Of a stretch of DNA of 64,000 nucleotides, positions 8,442 to 19,323 are shown in pieces. The stretch covers positions 2,637 through 66,636 of the forward strand of contig DASZRO010000092.1 in the NCBI GenBank assembly GCA_035550055.1. The letters are read 5' to 3'. The notes beneath the pieces were generated by a model, which saw nothing but the letters and a program-made list of their open reading frames with translations, searched no databases and had not been told where the DNA came from. The translations under genes were made by a program, and so were the position numbers. The stretch's first letter is position 1. Every line of letters begins with the position of its first letter. Origin of the DNA: Mycobacteriales bacterium. Its GTDB lineage: Bacteria > Actinomycetota > Actinomycetes > JAFAQI01.

Positions 8442-9969
8442 GGACCCGCCAGCGGCAGCTCGATGCGGAACGTCGCGCCGTGGCCGGGTTCGGACTCCAC
8501 CGAGACGTGACCGTCGTGCGCCGCCACCAGGCCGGCCACGATCGACAGGCCGAGACCGCTGCCGCCGGCACTGCGGCTGCGCGATGGGTCGGCGCGATAG
8601 AACCGCTCGAAGACGCGCTCGGCGTCTTCCGGCGACAGGCCCGGGCCGGTGTCGGACACCCCGACCACAGCGCTCTTGGTCACCGCGTTGATCGAAACCG
8701 CAACCGTGATGATCGCGTCGTCCGGCGTGTGCACGAGCGCGTTCGACATGAGGTTGTGCACGACCTGGCGCAGTCGCGCCTCGTCACCGACGACGACCGG
8801 CGGGGTCGTCACGTCGGCGTGCAGCTCGATCGAGCGCGCCGGCGCGATCCGCCGGCTGTCCTCGACGACGTCGTGCGCGATGTCGAGCAGGTCGACGCGG
8901 CCTCGTTCCAGCGGTCGCTGCTCGTCGAGTCGCGCCAGCAACAACAGGTCGTCCACCAGCAAACCCATCCGGGTCGCCTCGTCCTCGATGCGCCCCATCG
9001 TGCGATCGAGCTCGGCGCCGGTAGTGGCTCCCATCCGGTGCAGCTCGGCGAAACCGCGAATCGAGGTCAGCGGCGTACGCAGCTCGTGGCTTGCGTCGGC
9101 GACCAGCCGGCGCATCCGCTCCTCCGACGCGGTCGCCCGCAGCTGCGACTCGCGCTCGTGTGCGAACGCGGACTCGATCCGGCCGAGCATGACGTTGAGC
9201 GCGTTCGAGAGCCGCCCGATCTCGGTGCGAGGATGGCGGTCCGGCACTCGCTGGGTCAGGTCACCCGCCGCGATCGCCGCCGCGGTTCGTTCGACCGCGA
9301 CCAGCGGCGCGAGCGATCGCCGGATCAGCAGGTAGCCGCCGCCTCCCATGAGCACCAGGATTCCGGCACCGATCAGGACCTCGAGCACGACGAGGTGGTT
9401 GACCGTGTGGTCGATGTCGGACAGCGAAGTCGCGATCTCCGCGACCCCGGACCCGTCGCCCGCTTCGACCGCGACGACCCGCCAGGCGCTCTTGTGGTCG
9501 GCCGCCGGGACGGTGAAGGGCTCGCCGTCGACCACCTGCTTCGACGTCGCCGTCAGCGCCGGCAGCACCGGCGGCGACTGGCTGGTGAGGAACGCCGAGT
9601 CAGGCCCCCCAGCGGGCGAGCCGGCGTCGTACAGGCGCACGTAGTACGGACTGGGCAACCGGCTCGGGTCGTCGCTTGTCGTCGTCGTCGGCGCACCGCC
9701 GGCGGGAACCGGAGTGCCGGCCAGGCCGCCGCCGGCGCCGAACCCGCCGCGGAACCGAAACCCATCGGCGATCCCGCGGGCGGCGACCTGTAGCTGCTCG
9801 TCGGCGCGGTTGAGCAGGTAGGAGTGCAGCGACGCCGTCGCGGCGACGGCGGCGCCGGTCAGGCCGACGGCGGCGAGCGCGAGAACCATCACCAACAGCT
9901 CGAGCCGCAAAGACATTCGCGCGAGGACACGCCGCAGCGGCGCCACCAGCGTCGCGAACCGGGAGCGCA

Positions 9970-9973
<4 letters not shown>
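8438..9973 (-). CDS. two-component sensor histidine kinase (HAMP-HisKA-HATPase)
   Basis: H-box SHELRTPLTSIRGFAELH plus N, G1 and G2 boxes (DTGPGLSPED, GGSGLGLSIV). Two TM segments flank the periplasmic loop. 4-bp overlap with the upstream response regulator. Confidence 0.85.
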
Positions 9974-10716
<743 letters not shown>

Positions 10717-10729
10717 CGTTCACTCTCCC

Positions 10730-12496
10730 TCAGCCTGCGGGCCCACCGAACGTCACCGCGCCGGGCTGGCCTTCGGTGCCGCCGGTGATGCGGCGGACGA
10801 ACTGACCACCGCCGGGGAAGGTGAAGCCGCCGTTGCCGAACGTCGCGCTGGTGTTGGAGCTCGAGCTCGGCACCGACGCGTTCAGGTCGGCGAGCACGAC
10901 GCGATCGCCTGCCGTGAGTCCGGACGTGATCTGGGTCAACGCCGCGCCGACCGCTGAGACCTTCACCGTCTTGCGGGTCACCTTGCCCGACTCGAGCAGC
11001 TCGACGTAGGTCGTCGTACCGCTGTAGTGGACGGCCGACGTCGGCACGGCCAGGACGTCCGCGACCGAGGCGACGACGACAGTCACCGACGCGGCGGCGC
11101 CGCTGACGACGCTCGTTGCGCCGGGCAGCGCGATGGTCACCGGGAAGGTGACGGAGCCGGCGGACGACTCGACCCCGGCCGTGTCCACGGAGACGACGTG
11201 TCCGGTGACGGCGTGGGTCGAACCGTCCGCCACCACATCCGCCGTCATGCCGTCGTGCACCTTGCCGATGTCGGCGGATGAGAGGTCGACGGTCACCTGC
11301 TCCTGGCGCGAGCCGACGATGACGAAGGCGGCGTTGCTCGACGACGCGGTCACCTGGTCGCCATGAGCGACCGTGACTGCGGCGACCCGACCGGCGATCG
11401 TCGCCCGCAGCGTCGCCTGCTCGAGGCTCGCCCGGTCGGCGTCGACGGTCGCCAGCGCCTGGTCGATCGAGGCCTGGTCGAGCGCGATGTCGGCAGCGCT
11501 GACAGCGGTCGTCGACGATCGTGACGGCTGCGACTTCGCCGCGTTGACCGAGCCACGGTTGGCGGCCGAGCTGTCACTCGCCATCGCGGTGAGGATCTTG
11601 GTCAGCGCGAGCTCTGCTTCGGAGACCTGTTGCTCGTCGCGGTCGACCTGCTGCTGCGCCGCGAGCAGCGCTGCGCCCGCAGACGTACACGCGTCGCCGC
11701 CGGCGGTGACTGGCGTCGATGCGGTGGGGTCGGGCGTGGCGCTGCCCGTCGGGTCTGGCGAGGCGCTCGGCGATCCGGACGCCGGCGGTGGGGTGGCCTG
11801 GTCCGACCCGCACGCGTCGTTCGCTGTCGCCAGAGCCTGGCTCGCCTCGCCGAGCGCCGCGTCGGTCGACTGCTGCGCGCTGCGCACCGCCGCCTGCGCT
11901 TCGCCGAGCCGGCCGGTCCCGGTTGCGCCGGCGGGCCGCCCGGTGGGCGGGGGCTGACTCGACACCGTCGAGGTGGCGACGACGTGCGGGTGGGCCGCTT
12001 GCAACGTCGGCGTCGTGGCGGCGGCTTCGTCGAAGGACCCGCCCGTCACGCTCTGACCCGTCTCGTCCGCAACCATGCGGCTACGGGCCTGTCCGAGCGT
12101 CGAGCGCGCGGAACGCAGTGCGCTTCGCAGCTGGCCGCGATCGAGGTGAGCCAGCACCTGACCGGCGCGGACGTGCTGACCGGTCTTCACGGCGACCCGC
12201 GCGACGGTGCCACTCACCTGGAACGACTCGTCGGCATGGGACACCGGGCTGACCGTTCCGGTCGCCGACAGCGTCTGCATCACGGTCGCCGGCGCGGCCT
12301 CCGCCGTCCGGTAGCGGGCATCGGCGCCGCGGGTCAGACCCCACGCCGTGCCGCCACCGGCGAGAACGAGCAGTACGGCGCCGCCCGCGACGACTCGCGC
12401 TCTGCGACGCGATCGCGGCTGCCAGGTGTCAGCGGTCGAGTCAGGCACCGCCGCCACCCTCCGGGAACCCGCCCGTGGCGAAGCGACCGCCGGCAA
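10730..12496 (-). CDS. efflux adaptor (membrane-fusion/HlyD-like) protein with long Pro/Ser/Thr-rich hairpin and Gly-rich C-terminal tail
   Basis: N-terminal TM anchor, biotinyl-lipoyl-like and beta-barrel segments, a long coiled-coil/PT-rich insert, and a GNGGFTFPGGG tail. Sits in the operon with MacB-like ABC genes. Confidence 0.65.
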   Translation of the reverse strand: MPAVASPRAGSRRVAAVPDSTADTWQPRSRRRARVVAGGAVLLVLAGGGTAWGLTRGADARYRTAEAAPATVMQTLSATGTVSPVSHADESFQVSGTVARVAVKTGQHVRAGQVLAHLDRGQLRSALRSARSTLGQARSRMVADETGQSVTGGSFDEAAATTPTLQAAHPHVVATSTVSSQPPPTGRPAGATGTGRLGEAQAAVRSAQQSTDAALGEASQALATANDACGSDQATPPPASGSPSASPDPTGSATPDPTASTPVTAGGDACTSAGAALLAAQQQVDRDEQQVSEAELALTKILTAMASDSSAANRGSVNAAKSQPSRSSTTAVSAADIALDQASIDQALATVDADRASLEQATLRATIAGRVAAVTVAHGDQVTASSSNAAFVIVGSRQEQVTVDLSSADIGKVHDGMTADVVADGSTHAVTGHVVSVDTAGVESSAGSVTFPVTIALPGATSVVSGAAASVTVVVASVADVLAVPTSAVHYSGTTTYVELLESGKVTRKTVKVSAVGAALTQITSGLTAGDRVVLADLNASVPSSSSNTSATFGNGGFTFPGGGQFVRRITGGTEGQPGAVTFGGPAG

Positions 12497-13388
12497 AGCC
12501 GCCGAAACCGCCGACCGCCGGCGCAGCCGGGCAGTTGCCGTTGACCGGGGAGCTGATCGACACCGATCGGGCGTCGAGGTTGCCGCTCACGTCGTCGCTG
12601 CCGACCGCGGTCACGCACTTGCCCGACTTCACGTCCGCGGCGGAGCCGGCGCTCGTCGCCTCGTACATCGTCGACGAGGTCGTCTTGACAGTGGTGGTCG
12701 TCGACGACCCGAACGGCGAGGTCACCGTGAACGAGGTGGCGGTGATCGATGCGATCGTGCCGAACGCGCCACCGAAGGCGCGACGGACGAAACCGCCACT
12801 GCCCGGCCCGAGTCGCGGAAACGCGCTGGTCGTCGGGAACGGCCTCGGTGTCCCGCCGTTCTCACCGAATCCTCCGGCCGGCGGGGTGAAGCCGCCGCCC
12901 GCGGGTGGCGTGAAGTTGCCACCGCCGGGAACCCGGCCGAACCCGCTGGGAGGTTGGCAGCCTGAGGTGCTGGTCACCGTGACGGTCTTCGCCGTGATCG
13001 TCGTGGGTGCCGCCGTCGCACCGTTGGTCGCCGCGCTGTCCGTCGTACCGGTCGACACCGTCACGCAGTCACCGGTCGCGAGCGCCGCGCGGGTCGTCGA
13101 CGCTGTCGTGGTGAAGCGGGTGTCGGAGCCGTAGTCGACCGTCGCCGGCCCGCTTGTCTGCTGGACCGCGGCGCTGGTCGCGCTGGACGCGATCACCTTC
13201 CCCGAGACCGAGGCGATCGAGACCGCGGAGCCGTTCGCGCTCGTACCGGTCGTCGACGACACCGACGACGGTGAGGACCCGCCACCGCAGGCGGCCAGCA
13301 GTGTGGCGAGAGCGGCGCCACCGCCGACGATCATCGCGAGGCGCGGCGTACGACGGCCGGTACGCGCCGGCGCTGCTGCTTCAGACAT
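12441..13388 (-). CDS. lipoprotein, Thr/Ser/Gly-rich (lipobox LLAAC)
   Basis: Signal peptide with lipobox (MIVGGGAALATLLAACGGGSS). The mature protein is low-complexity T/S-rich with a Gly-rich tail. An alternative start lies at 13406. Overlaps the downstream adaptor gene start by ~55 bp. Confidence 0.5.
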   Translation of the reverse strand: MSEAAAPARTGRRTPRLAMIVGGGAALATLLAACGGGSSPSSVSSTTGTSANGSAVSIASVSGKVIASSATSAAVQQTSGPATVDYGSDTRFTTTASTTRAALATGDCVTVSTGTTDSAATNGATAAPTTITAKTVTVTSTSGCQPPSGFGRVPGGGNFTPPAGGGFTPPAGGFGENGGTPRPFPTTSAFPRLGPGSGGFVRRAFGGAFGTIASITATSFTVTSPFGSSTTTTVKTTSSTMYEATSAGSAADVKSGKCVTAVGSDDVSGNLDARSVSISSPVNGNCPAAPAVGGFGGFAGGRFATGGFPEGGGGA

Positions 13389-13410
13389 GAGGACGGTTCG
13401 CTCCATTTCC

Positions 13411-14649
13411 CTACTCGGTTCGCAGTGCGTCGATCGGGGCGAGCCGCGCGGCCCTTGTCGCCGGGTAGACGCCGAAGCCGAGCGCGAGCACGACGGCGAC
13501 GGCGATCGCCGCGGCGGCGGCCAGCGGCGAGATGGAAATCGGGTCGGAGATGAAGTGCGGCAGCACCTCCGCGCCGACGATGCCGAGCACCACACCGAGC
13601 ACCCCGCCGGAGAACCCGAGCAACGAGGCCTCGAACAAGAACTGCCGGCGGATCGCCTTCGGCGTGGCGCCGAGCGCCTTGCGCAGCCCGATCTCCCGGA
13701 TTCGCTCGGTGACGGAGACGAGCATGATGTTCATCACGCCGATCCCGCCCACCAGCAGCGAGATGGCCGCGATGCCGGCGAGCAGCACGGTCAATGTCTT
13801 GCTGACGCTCGTCGCGGTCGAGATCAAGTTCTTCTGCGACGTGATGGTGAAGTCGGCGTCGGAAGCGTCGGTGATCTCGTGCAGCGCGAGGAGCTCGGCA
13901 TCCGCCTCCTGATATGCCGCGGAGATCGTGCTGCCACTGGTCGCCTCGAGGTAGATGTCGTTGACGGCGTTGCGGGAGTCCCCGCCGATCACCCGCGACG
14001 CCGCGGTGGTGATCGGGATGATCGCGGTGTCGTCCTGGTCCTGCGTCGACGACGAACCGCTGCCGACTGGATCGAGCACCCCCACGACCTGGAAGGGCAC
14101 CGAGCCGATCGTGACGGTCTGCCCGACCGGATCACGTACTCCGAACAGCTCGGATGAGGTGTCCGCTCCGAGCACCACGACGGCCGCCGAGGTCGCGACG
14201 TCGTCGGCAGTGAGGAAGCGACCTGACTCGACCGACCGCGCCCGGACCTGCAGCCAGCTGGGTGTCGCTCCGACGACCGAGGTGGTCCAGTTGGTCGAGC
14301 CCGCCGTCAGCTCCTGCACGGTCGAGCTGGTCGCCGCCACGGACTCGATGTCCGGTGCGGTCTGCTTCGAGCTCAGCGCGGCAGCATCCTGAGTGGTCAG
14401 CGTCGAGGCGGTGCCGAAGCCACCGCGAACCCCGGAGCTGCTGGTCGTGCTGCCGGGGGTGACGATCAGCAGGTTGCTGCCGAGGGCACTGATCTGGCTC
14501 TTCACCTGCTGTTGCGCGCCCTCGCCGAGACCGACGGTCAACATGACCGCGGCGATGCCGATCAGGATGCCGAGCATGGTCAGCAGCGAACGCAGCCGGT
14601 GCGACCGGACGGCGTCGAGTCCGGTCCGCGCGGTTTCCAGCCAGTTCAC
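13411..14649 (-). CDS. ABC transporter permease (FtsX/MacB family)
   Basis: MacB_PCD plus the FtsX 4-TM topology (N-terminal TM, large periplasmic domain, three C-terminal TMs with GVMNIMLVSVTERIREIGLRKALGA). Confidence 0.8.
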   Translation of the reverse strand: MNWLETARTGLDAVRSHRLRSLLTMLGILIGIAAVMLTVGLGEGAQQQVKSQISALGSNLLIVTPGSTTSSSGVRGGFGTASTLTTQDAAALSSKQTAPDIESVAATSSTVQELTAGSTNWTTSVVGATPSWLQVRARSVESGRFLTADDVATSAAVVVLGADTSSELFGVRDPVGQTVTIGSVPFQVVGVLDPVGSGSSSTQDQDDTAIIPITTAASRVIGGDSRNAVNDIYLEATSGSTISAAYQEADAELLALHEITDASDADFTITSQKNLISTATSVSKTLTVLLAGIAAISLLVGGIGVMNIMLVSVTERIREIGLRKALGATPKAIRRQFLFEASLLGFSGGVLGVVLGIVGAEVLPHFISDPISISPLAAAAAIAVAVVLALGFGVYPATRAARLAPIDALRTE

Positions 14650-15338
14650 TGCAGCCGCCCGTCCCGGATGTGCACCGTGCGCTGCGCGGTGGCCGCGACG
14701 TCGCCGTCGTGCGTGATGAGGACGACGGTGCGGCCGGCCCGATGCATGTCGTGAAAGACGGCCAGGACGTCCGCCGACGAGCCGGAGTCGAGGTTGCCGG
14801 TCGGCTCGTCGGCAAGGACGAGGTCCGGGTCGGTGACGATCGCGCGGGCGATCGCGACGCGCTGCTGCTGGCCGCCCGAGAGCTCTCCCGGCCTGTGGTC
14901 GAGGCGATCAGCCAGCCCGACCCGCGCCAGGGCCTCGGCGGCACGGTCGCGTCGCTCGCCGGGCCGGATGCCGGCGTACGTCAGGGGAAGCTCGACGTTG
15001 CGGAGTGCGGTCAGCGACGGCAACAGGTTGAACTGCTGGAAGACGAACCCGATACGGCGGTTGCGCACCTCGGCGAGGCGTCGCTCGTCCATGCGGGAGA
15101 CGTCCTCACCGCCGATCCGGTACTCACCGGAGGTCGGGACGTCGAGGCAACCCAGGATGTGCATCAGCGTCGACTTGCCCGACCCGGACGGGCCGACGAT
15201 CGCGACCAGGTCCGACGCGTCGATCGACAGCGACACGCCGCGGAGCGCCTCGACCTCCAGCAACCCCGAGCGGTAGGTCTTGTGAACGTCGGTGAGCGCA
15301 AGCACCGGGGCGGCGGGGCCCTCCATCACCGAGGTCAC
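14646..15338 (-). CDS. ABC transporter ATP-binding protein (MacB/LolD type)
   Basis: Walker [10 protein letters not shown], signature [14 protein letters not shown], Walker [14 protein letters not shown]-loop. Confidence 0.9.
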   Translation of the reverse strand: MTSVMEGPAAPVLALTDVHKTYRSGLLEVEALRGVSLSIDASDLVAIVGPSGSGKSTLMHILGCLDVPTSGEYRIGGEDVSRMDERRLAEVRNRRIGFVFQQFNLLPSLTALRNVELPLTYAGIRPGERRDRAAEALARVGLADRLDHRPGELSGGQQQRVAIARAIVTDPDLVLADEPTGNLDSGSSADVLAVFHDMHRAGRTVVLITHDGDVAATAQRTVHIRDGRLQ

Positions 15339-16510
15339 CCGTTGCCACCGAAGCTCGGCAGGCCACCGCCGTTGCCGCCGAAGCCAGGGAAGCCGCCGCC
15401 AGTGGAGCCGCCGCTGCCACCGAAGCCGCGGATGAAGGTGCCGCCGCTCCCACCGCCATTCGAGATCCGGCCGAAGGTCGGAATCGTCACGACGACCTGA
15501 TCTCCAGGCTTCAGGCCGGACTCGACGGCGGTCTGCAACCCGTACGTCTGCCCGACGGTGATCGTTCGCGTCTCGGTGCCGCTTCCGGTCTTGACCTTCA
15601 CGGTGGCGGTCGAGCCGTCGTAGGTGATGGCGAGGGTTGGGATCGCCAGCACGTCGACCGCCTTGCTGGTCGTGATCGTCAGCGTCGCGCTCGACCCGGC
15701 GTACACCCCGGTCGGGTGGCCCGACACGGTGACGGTGATCGGGAAGCTGACTACTCCCGAGGTCGTCGTCGGGACGGTGGTCACCGAGCTGACGGTGCCC
15801 GCGAGTGGGGCGGCAGAACCGGCCGGGGTGATCGCGACGGCCTGACCTTGCTTGATCTCGCTGATCTCGGTGTCGTCGACGGTGGCGTTGACGATGAAGG
15901 TCCGCGTCGACTGGACCGACACCTGCGCCGACGAGGCGCCATCGCTCGGCGACTGCGTGCCGTCACCCGACGAGCCGACCTGCTCACCGACGGAGAGGTT
16001 CACCGCGGTGACGGTGCCTGCGAACGTCGCCGTCAGACGGGCGTCAGCGAGATCCAGGTTCGCGGCGTGCAACGACGCACGGGCGGCGTCGAGGGCGGCC
16101 TCGTCGGAGGCCAGCTGCGCGGACCCGGCCGCATCGTCGTCGACCTTGTCGGCGTCGGCCGACACCGTCGCCTCCGCCGCGGCCCGCTGGGCGACCAACG
16201 AGGCGGTGCCCAGTCTCGCGAGGGTCTCGCCCTTCGTGACGACGTCGCCCGCCTTGACCCGCACCTGAGTGACGCGGCCGGACACGGCGAAGTCGAGGTC
16301 TGCCTGCTTCGCCGGCTCGATCGTCCCGGACGCCGACACGGTCTGCACGATCGTGGTCCGTTTCGCGGTGACGACCTCGGTGGTCGCGCCACCGGACTTG
16401 CTGCTCCACGGCTGAGTGGCGGCCAGCGCCGAGCCGGTGCCGAGCAAGGCGACGACGACGACCGCAACGACGACCCGGCCACGGGTCATTCTCGGGACAA
16501 CTCTTCGCAC
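15335..16510 (-). CDS. efflux adaptor (membrane-fusion/HlyD-like, MacA-type) protein with Gly-rich tail
   Basis: TM anchor, then lipoyl/beta-barrel-like segments. The C-terminal tail is [30 protein letters not shown]. First gene of the minus-strand operon. Confidence 0.75.
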   Translation of the reverse strand: MRRVVPRMTRGRVVVAVVVVALLGTGSALAATQPWSSKSGGATTEVVTAKRTTIVQTVSASGTIEPAKQADLDFAVSGRVTQVRVKAGDVVTKGETLARLGTASLVAQRAAAEATVSADADKVDDDAAGSAQLASDEAALDAARASLHAANLDLADARLTATFAGTVTAVNLSVGEQVGSSGDGTQSPSDGASSAQVSVQSTRTFIVNATVDDTEISEIKQGQAVAITPAGSAAPLAGTVSSVTTVPTTTSGVVSFPITVTVSGHPTGVYAGSSATLTITTSKAVDVLAIPTLAITYDGSTATVKVKTGSGTETRTITVGQTYGLQTAVESGLKPGDQVVVTIPTFGRISNGGGSGGTFIRGFGGSGGSTGGGFPGFGGNGGGLPSFGGNG

Positions 16511-16648
16511 AGCCGCTGGCTCCCTCGAAAGGCTGGGCGACAGCCTGGGCGTCTGCCCTTAGCAGTGCGTGAGAGGAACCTGTGAGTTACCTGGCAGATC
16601 CGGGACGGGTCCGACTAGCCGCAGTCGTCGGCGATATGTCCTGATCGA

Positions 16649-17215
16649 CTAGACGTGTTGCGGGCCGTAGGCGAGCGTCAGGAACTCCGCACGGGTGCGA
16701 GCGTCGTCACGGAGCCGGCCGAGCAGTGTCGAGGTGACGGTCGAAGCGCCGCGGGCGGCGACGCCACGCACCGTCATGCAGGTGTGCTCGGCCCGCAGGA
16801 CGATGCCCACGCCCTTGGGGGTGAGGTTGTCCTCGAGCCAGTGCGCGATCTGTGTCGTCATCCGTTCCTGGACCTGCGGCCGCCGCGCGAACAGCTCGAC
16901 GACCCGAGCCAGCTTGGACAGCCCGAGGATGCGCTCGCCGGGCAGATAGGCGACGACGGCGGTGCCCATGAACGGCAGCAGGTGGTGCTCGCAGAGCGAG
17001 GTGAACGGAATGTCGCGGGCGATGACCATCTCGTCGTATCCCTCGTCATTGGGGAACGTGGTCATCGAGAACTCACGCGGGGTCAGCAGTTCCGCGTAGG
17101 CGCGGGCGATCCGGCCCGGCGTACCGGCAAGCGGGCCGTCGTCGTGGCCGATCCCAAGGGCGTCGAGCAGCGCGCTGGCGGCTGCCTCCGCCGCCGCCAG
17201 GTCGATGGCTGACAC
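16649..17215 (-). CDS. folE: GTP cyclohydrolase I
   Basis: FolE motifs (CEHHLLPF, GLSKLARVVELFARRPQVQERMTTQIA, EHTCMTVRGV). Confidence 0.85.
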   Translation of the reverse strand: MSAIDLAAAEAAASALLDALGIGHDDGPLAGTPGRIARAYAELLTPREFSMTTFPNDEGYDEMVIARDIPFTSLCEHHLLPFMGTAVVAYLPGERILGLSKLARVVELFARRPQVQERMTTQIAHWLEDNLTPKGVGIVLRAEHTCMTVRGVAARGASTVTSTLLGRLRDDARTRAEFLTLAYGPQHV

Positions 17216-17539
17216 AACGCAAGGTTACGGGGGCCGGTCCGCCGATCATGCAACTACCCGTACGTCGGCGCCGACCGCCTCGTAGGTGGGTGTCGCTCGC
17301 GCGTCACGCGAGCCGAGCGAGAGGTTCGCACCGACCGCGGCAAGGCCGCGCGTGCCCACTCAGAGCAAGATCGCACCCGAAAGCCCACTCGGCAACGGCG
17401 GCGTGAGCGGGATGCGAGTCATATCCCTCCGCCGATCCGCGGCCTTCAGGCCGCCGCTGACTAGTCATCCCGAGGGGGGCGGAAATGGTCGGAGTTCGTC
17501 AAGAGAGAGGGGGCCCGGCACGTCGATAGTGGCAACGAA

Positions 17540-18718
17540 ATGAACACCTTGTTCGGCGATGCCCGTATCCGACGGCGCGCGCGGTCGTTGAATGCGGGCC
17601 GCGACGCCGGCATGACGCTCGTCGAAATCGTGGTCGCCATCTCGATCGTCACGCTCGGTGTCCTCGCGTTGCTCAGCGCACTGGCGACCGGGATCCGGCA
17701 GCAGGGCCTCGAGAAGTCCCAGGCGACGGCGCTGCATCTGGCCGACAGTGCCATCGAGGCCGCAAAAGCGATGGCGTACTCGACACTCGTCGGCCAGGCC
17801 GGGACGACAACCACGGCCAACCCGGTGAACGGCGTGAGCTACACCGAGACCAAGACGTTCCAGGTCTGTTCGCCCACCGACGCCCCGACGACCTGCACGT
17901 CGCCCGGAGCGGGCGCGGTGTCGACGGTGCACGCCGACGTGTCGGTGCGCTGGAGCTTCGCCGGCAAGACCCACGTCGTGCAGGTGGCCCAGAGCGTGAG
18001 CGACCACAGCGCGCTCACCGTCAGCAGCGCGACGAGTCCCCTCGGCATCTGCGGTGGGGCAGGTACGACGCTGGTCATCGGCCAGCTCGGCCTCTCCCCG
18101 TCAAGCGTCACCGTCAACAAGACAGGCACGCCGTCGAGCGCCATAACCGCAACCCTCACCGAAACCGGGCTGTCCAACGCGACCTGCGTGCCGCTGACCT
18201 GGAGCGATGACAACGGCTCACACCAGGTCGCGATGACGCGGAGCGGGTCGACGTTCACCGCGACGATCCCCGCAAGCTCCATCACCAAAGCGACTCCGAC
18301 CAGTGGCGGGTCGATCGCGTTCACCGCGACAGTTCCCGGCAGCCAGGCCGTACCCGCCGCGACCCTCACGCTGATCGGCGCGCCGGCGTTCTCCGGCAAC
18401 TGCTCGATCTCCGTGGTCGGGCTCGGGCTCAACGTCATCACGCTGACACCGCTCACCCGCAACACCCTGCTGCCGGCCGGTCTGACCTGCACCACCGTGA
18501 ACCTGGCCAAGACCGACTCCGTCGTCGCGACGTACCAGAGCGGCACGGGCACGAAGAACCTCGCGATGACGAGCACAAACGGCTCGACCTGGACGGCGAC
18601 ACTGCCGAGTGGATCGGCGATGGTGAAGTCCGGCGTGTCCGAGGGTTTCACCTTCTCGCTGACGCGCGCAGCTGACGGCTCGACCGCGTCCCAGAACGTC
18701 ACGGCGACACTGGCATGA
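17540..18718 (+). CDS. type IV pilin-like protein (prepilin N-terminal cleavage/methylation signal), large Thr/Ser-rich (module A, gene 1)
   Basis: Class-III leader ending ...GRDAG|MTLVEIVVAISIV with Gly-1, Met+1 and Glu+5, followed by a hydrophobic helix. Cys-containing T/S-rich domain. Paralogous to 20810..22318. Confidence 0.7.
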   Translation: MNTLFGDARIRRRARSLNAGRDAGMTLVEIVVAISIVTLGVLALLSALATGIRQQGLEKSQATALHLADSAIEAAKAMAYSTLVGQAGTTTTANPVNGVSYTETKTFQVCSPTDAPTTCTSPGAGAVSTVHADVSVRWSFAGKTHVVQVAQSVSDHSALTVSSATSPLGICGGAGTTLVIGQLGLSPSSVTVNKTGTPSSAITATLTETGLSNATCVPLTWSDDNGSHQVAMTRSGSTFTATIPASSITKATPTSGGSIAFTATVPGSQAVPAATLTLIGAPAFSGNCSISVVGLGLNVITLTPLTRNTLLPAGLTCTTVNLAKTDSVVATYQSGTGTKNLAMTSTNGSTWTATLPSGSAMVKSGVSEGFTFSLTRAADGSTASQNVTATLA

Positions 18719-19323
18719 CCACGCGCTACGCGTCGGGACGAGACGCCCGGGACCGCGGCTTCACGCTGACCGAGACGCTCGTCGTGATCGTGCTGTTCGC
18801 GATCATCGGCACGATCGTCACGACGGCATCCGTCACGGGACTGCACAAGCAGACCCAGCTGCAGGACCGCAGCGACGTGCTCGCCCAGGCACGCACCGCC
18901 CTGGAGCGCATCGACCGCGACATCCGGTCGGCGAACCCGCTGCTGGCGGCCAGCTCGACACAGCTCGTGCTCCGCGAAGTCGAGCCAGCCCTCACCCGCA
19001 CGGTGACGTACGCGGTGAGCAGCCACCAGCTCGTCGCCCGCGAGACCGATGTCACCAGCTCCGGTGTCACGACCACGTCGACCACCGTCTTGCTGAAAAA
19101 CCTCGTGAACTCTGCGAGCAACCCGTTGTTCACGGCGTCCCCGACCCTCGGCTATGTGGCGCCGGCCGGCAGCGGCGTCAGCGCAACCACGTGCGCGATG
19201 ACCGGCGGCTTCGACCCGGGCTGCATCGGAAGCGTGACGGTTCACGTGATGGTCCAGCCGCCGACGCTGTCCACCGCGATCAGCATCAGCGACAACGGCA
19301 CCGAGCTGAGGAACGCGCCGTGA
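18715..19323 (+). CDS. pseudopilin / minor pilin-like protein (module A, gene 2)
   Basis: Leader ...DRG|FTLTETLVVIVLFAIIG (Phe+1, Glu+5). Shares the LERIDRDIRSANPL block with 22314..23010. ATGA overlap with the previous gene. Confidence 0.7.
   Translation: MTTRYASGRDARDRGFTLTETLVVIVLFAIIGTIVTTASVTGLHKQTQLQDRSDVLAQARTALERIDRDIRSANPLLAASSTQLVLREVEPALTRTVTYAVSSHQLVARETDVTSSGVTTTSTTVLLKNLVNSASNPLFTASPTLGYVAPAGSGVSATTCAMTGGFDPGCIGSVTVHVMVQPPTLSTAISISDNGTELRNAP

Noticed and set aside
7835-9793. 652-aa plus-strand ORF antisense to the histidine kinase gene
   Set aside because: Low-complexity R/G/D-rich product. The opposite strand encodes a clear HisKA/HATPase protein.
17839-19245. 468-aa minus-strand ORF antisense to pilin genes
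   Set aside because: No motifs. The opposite strand has strong prepilin signals and coupled starts.
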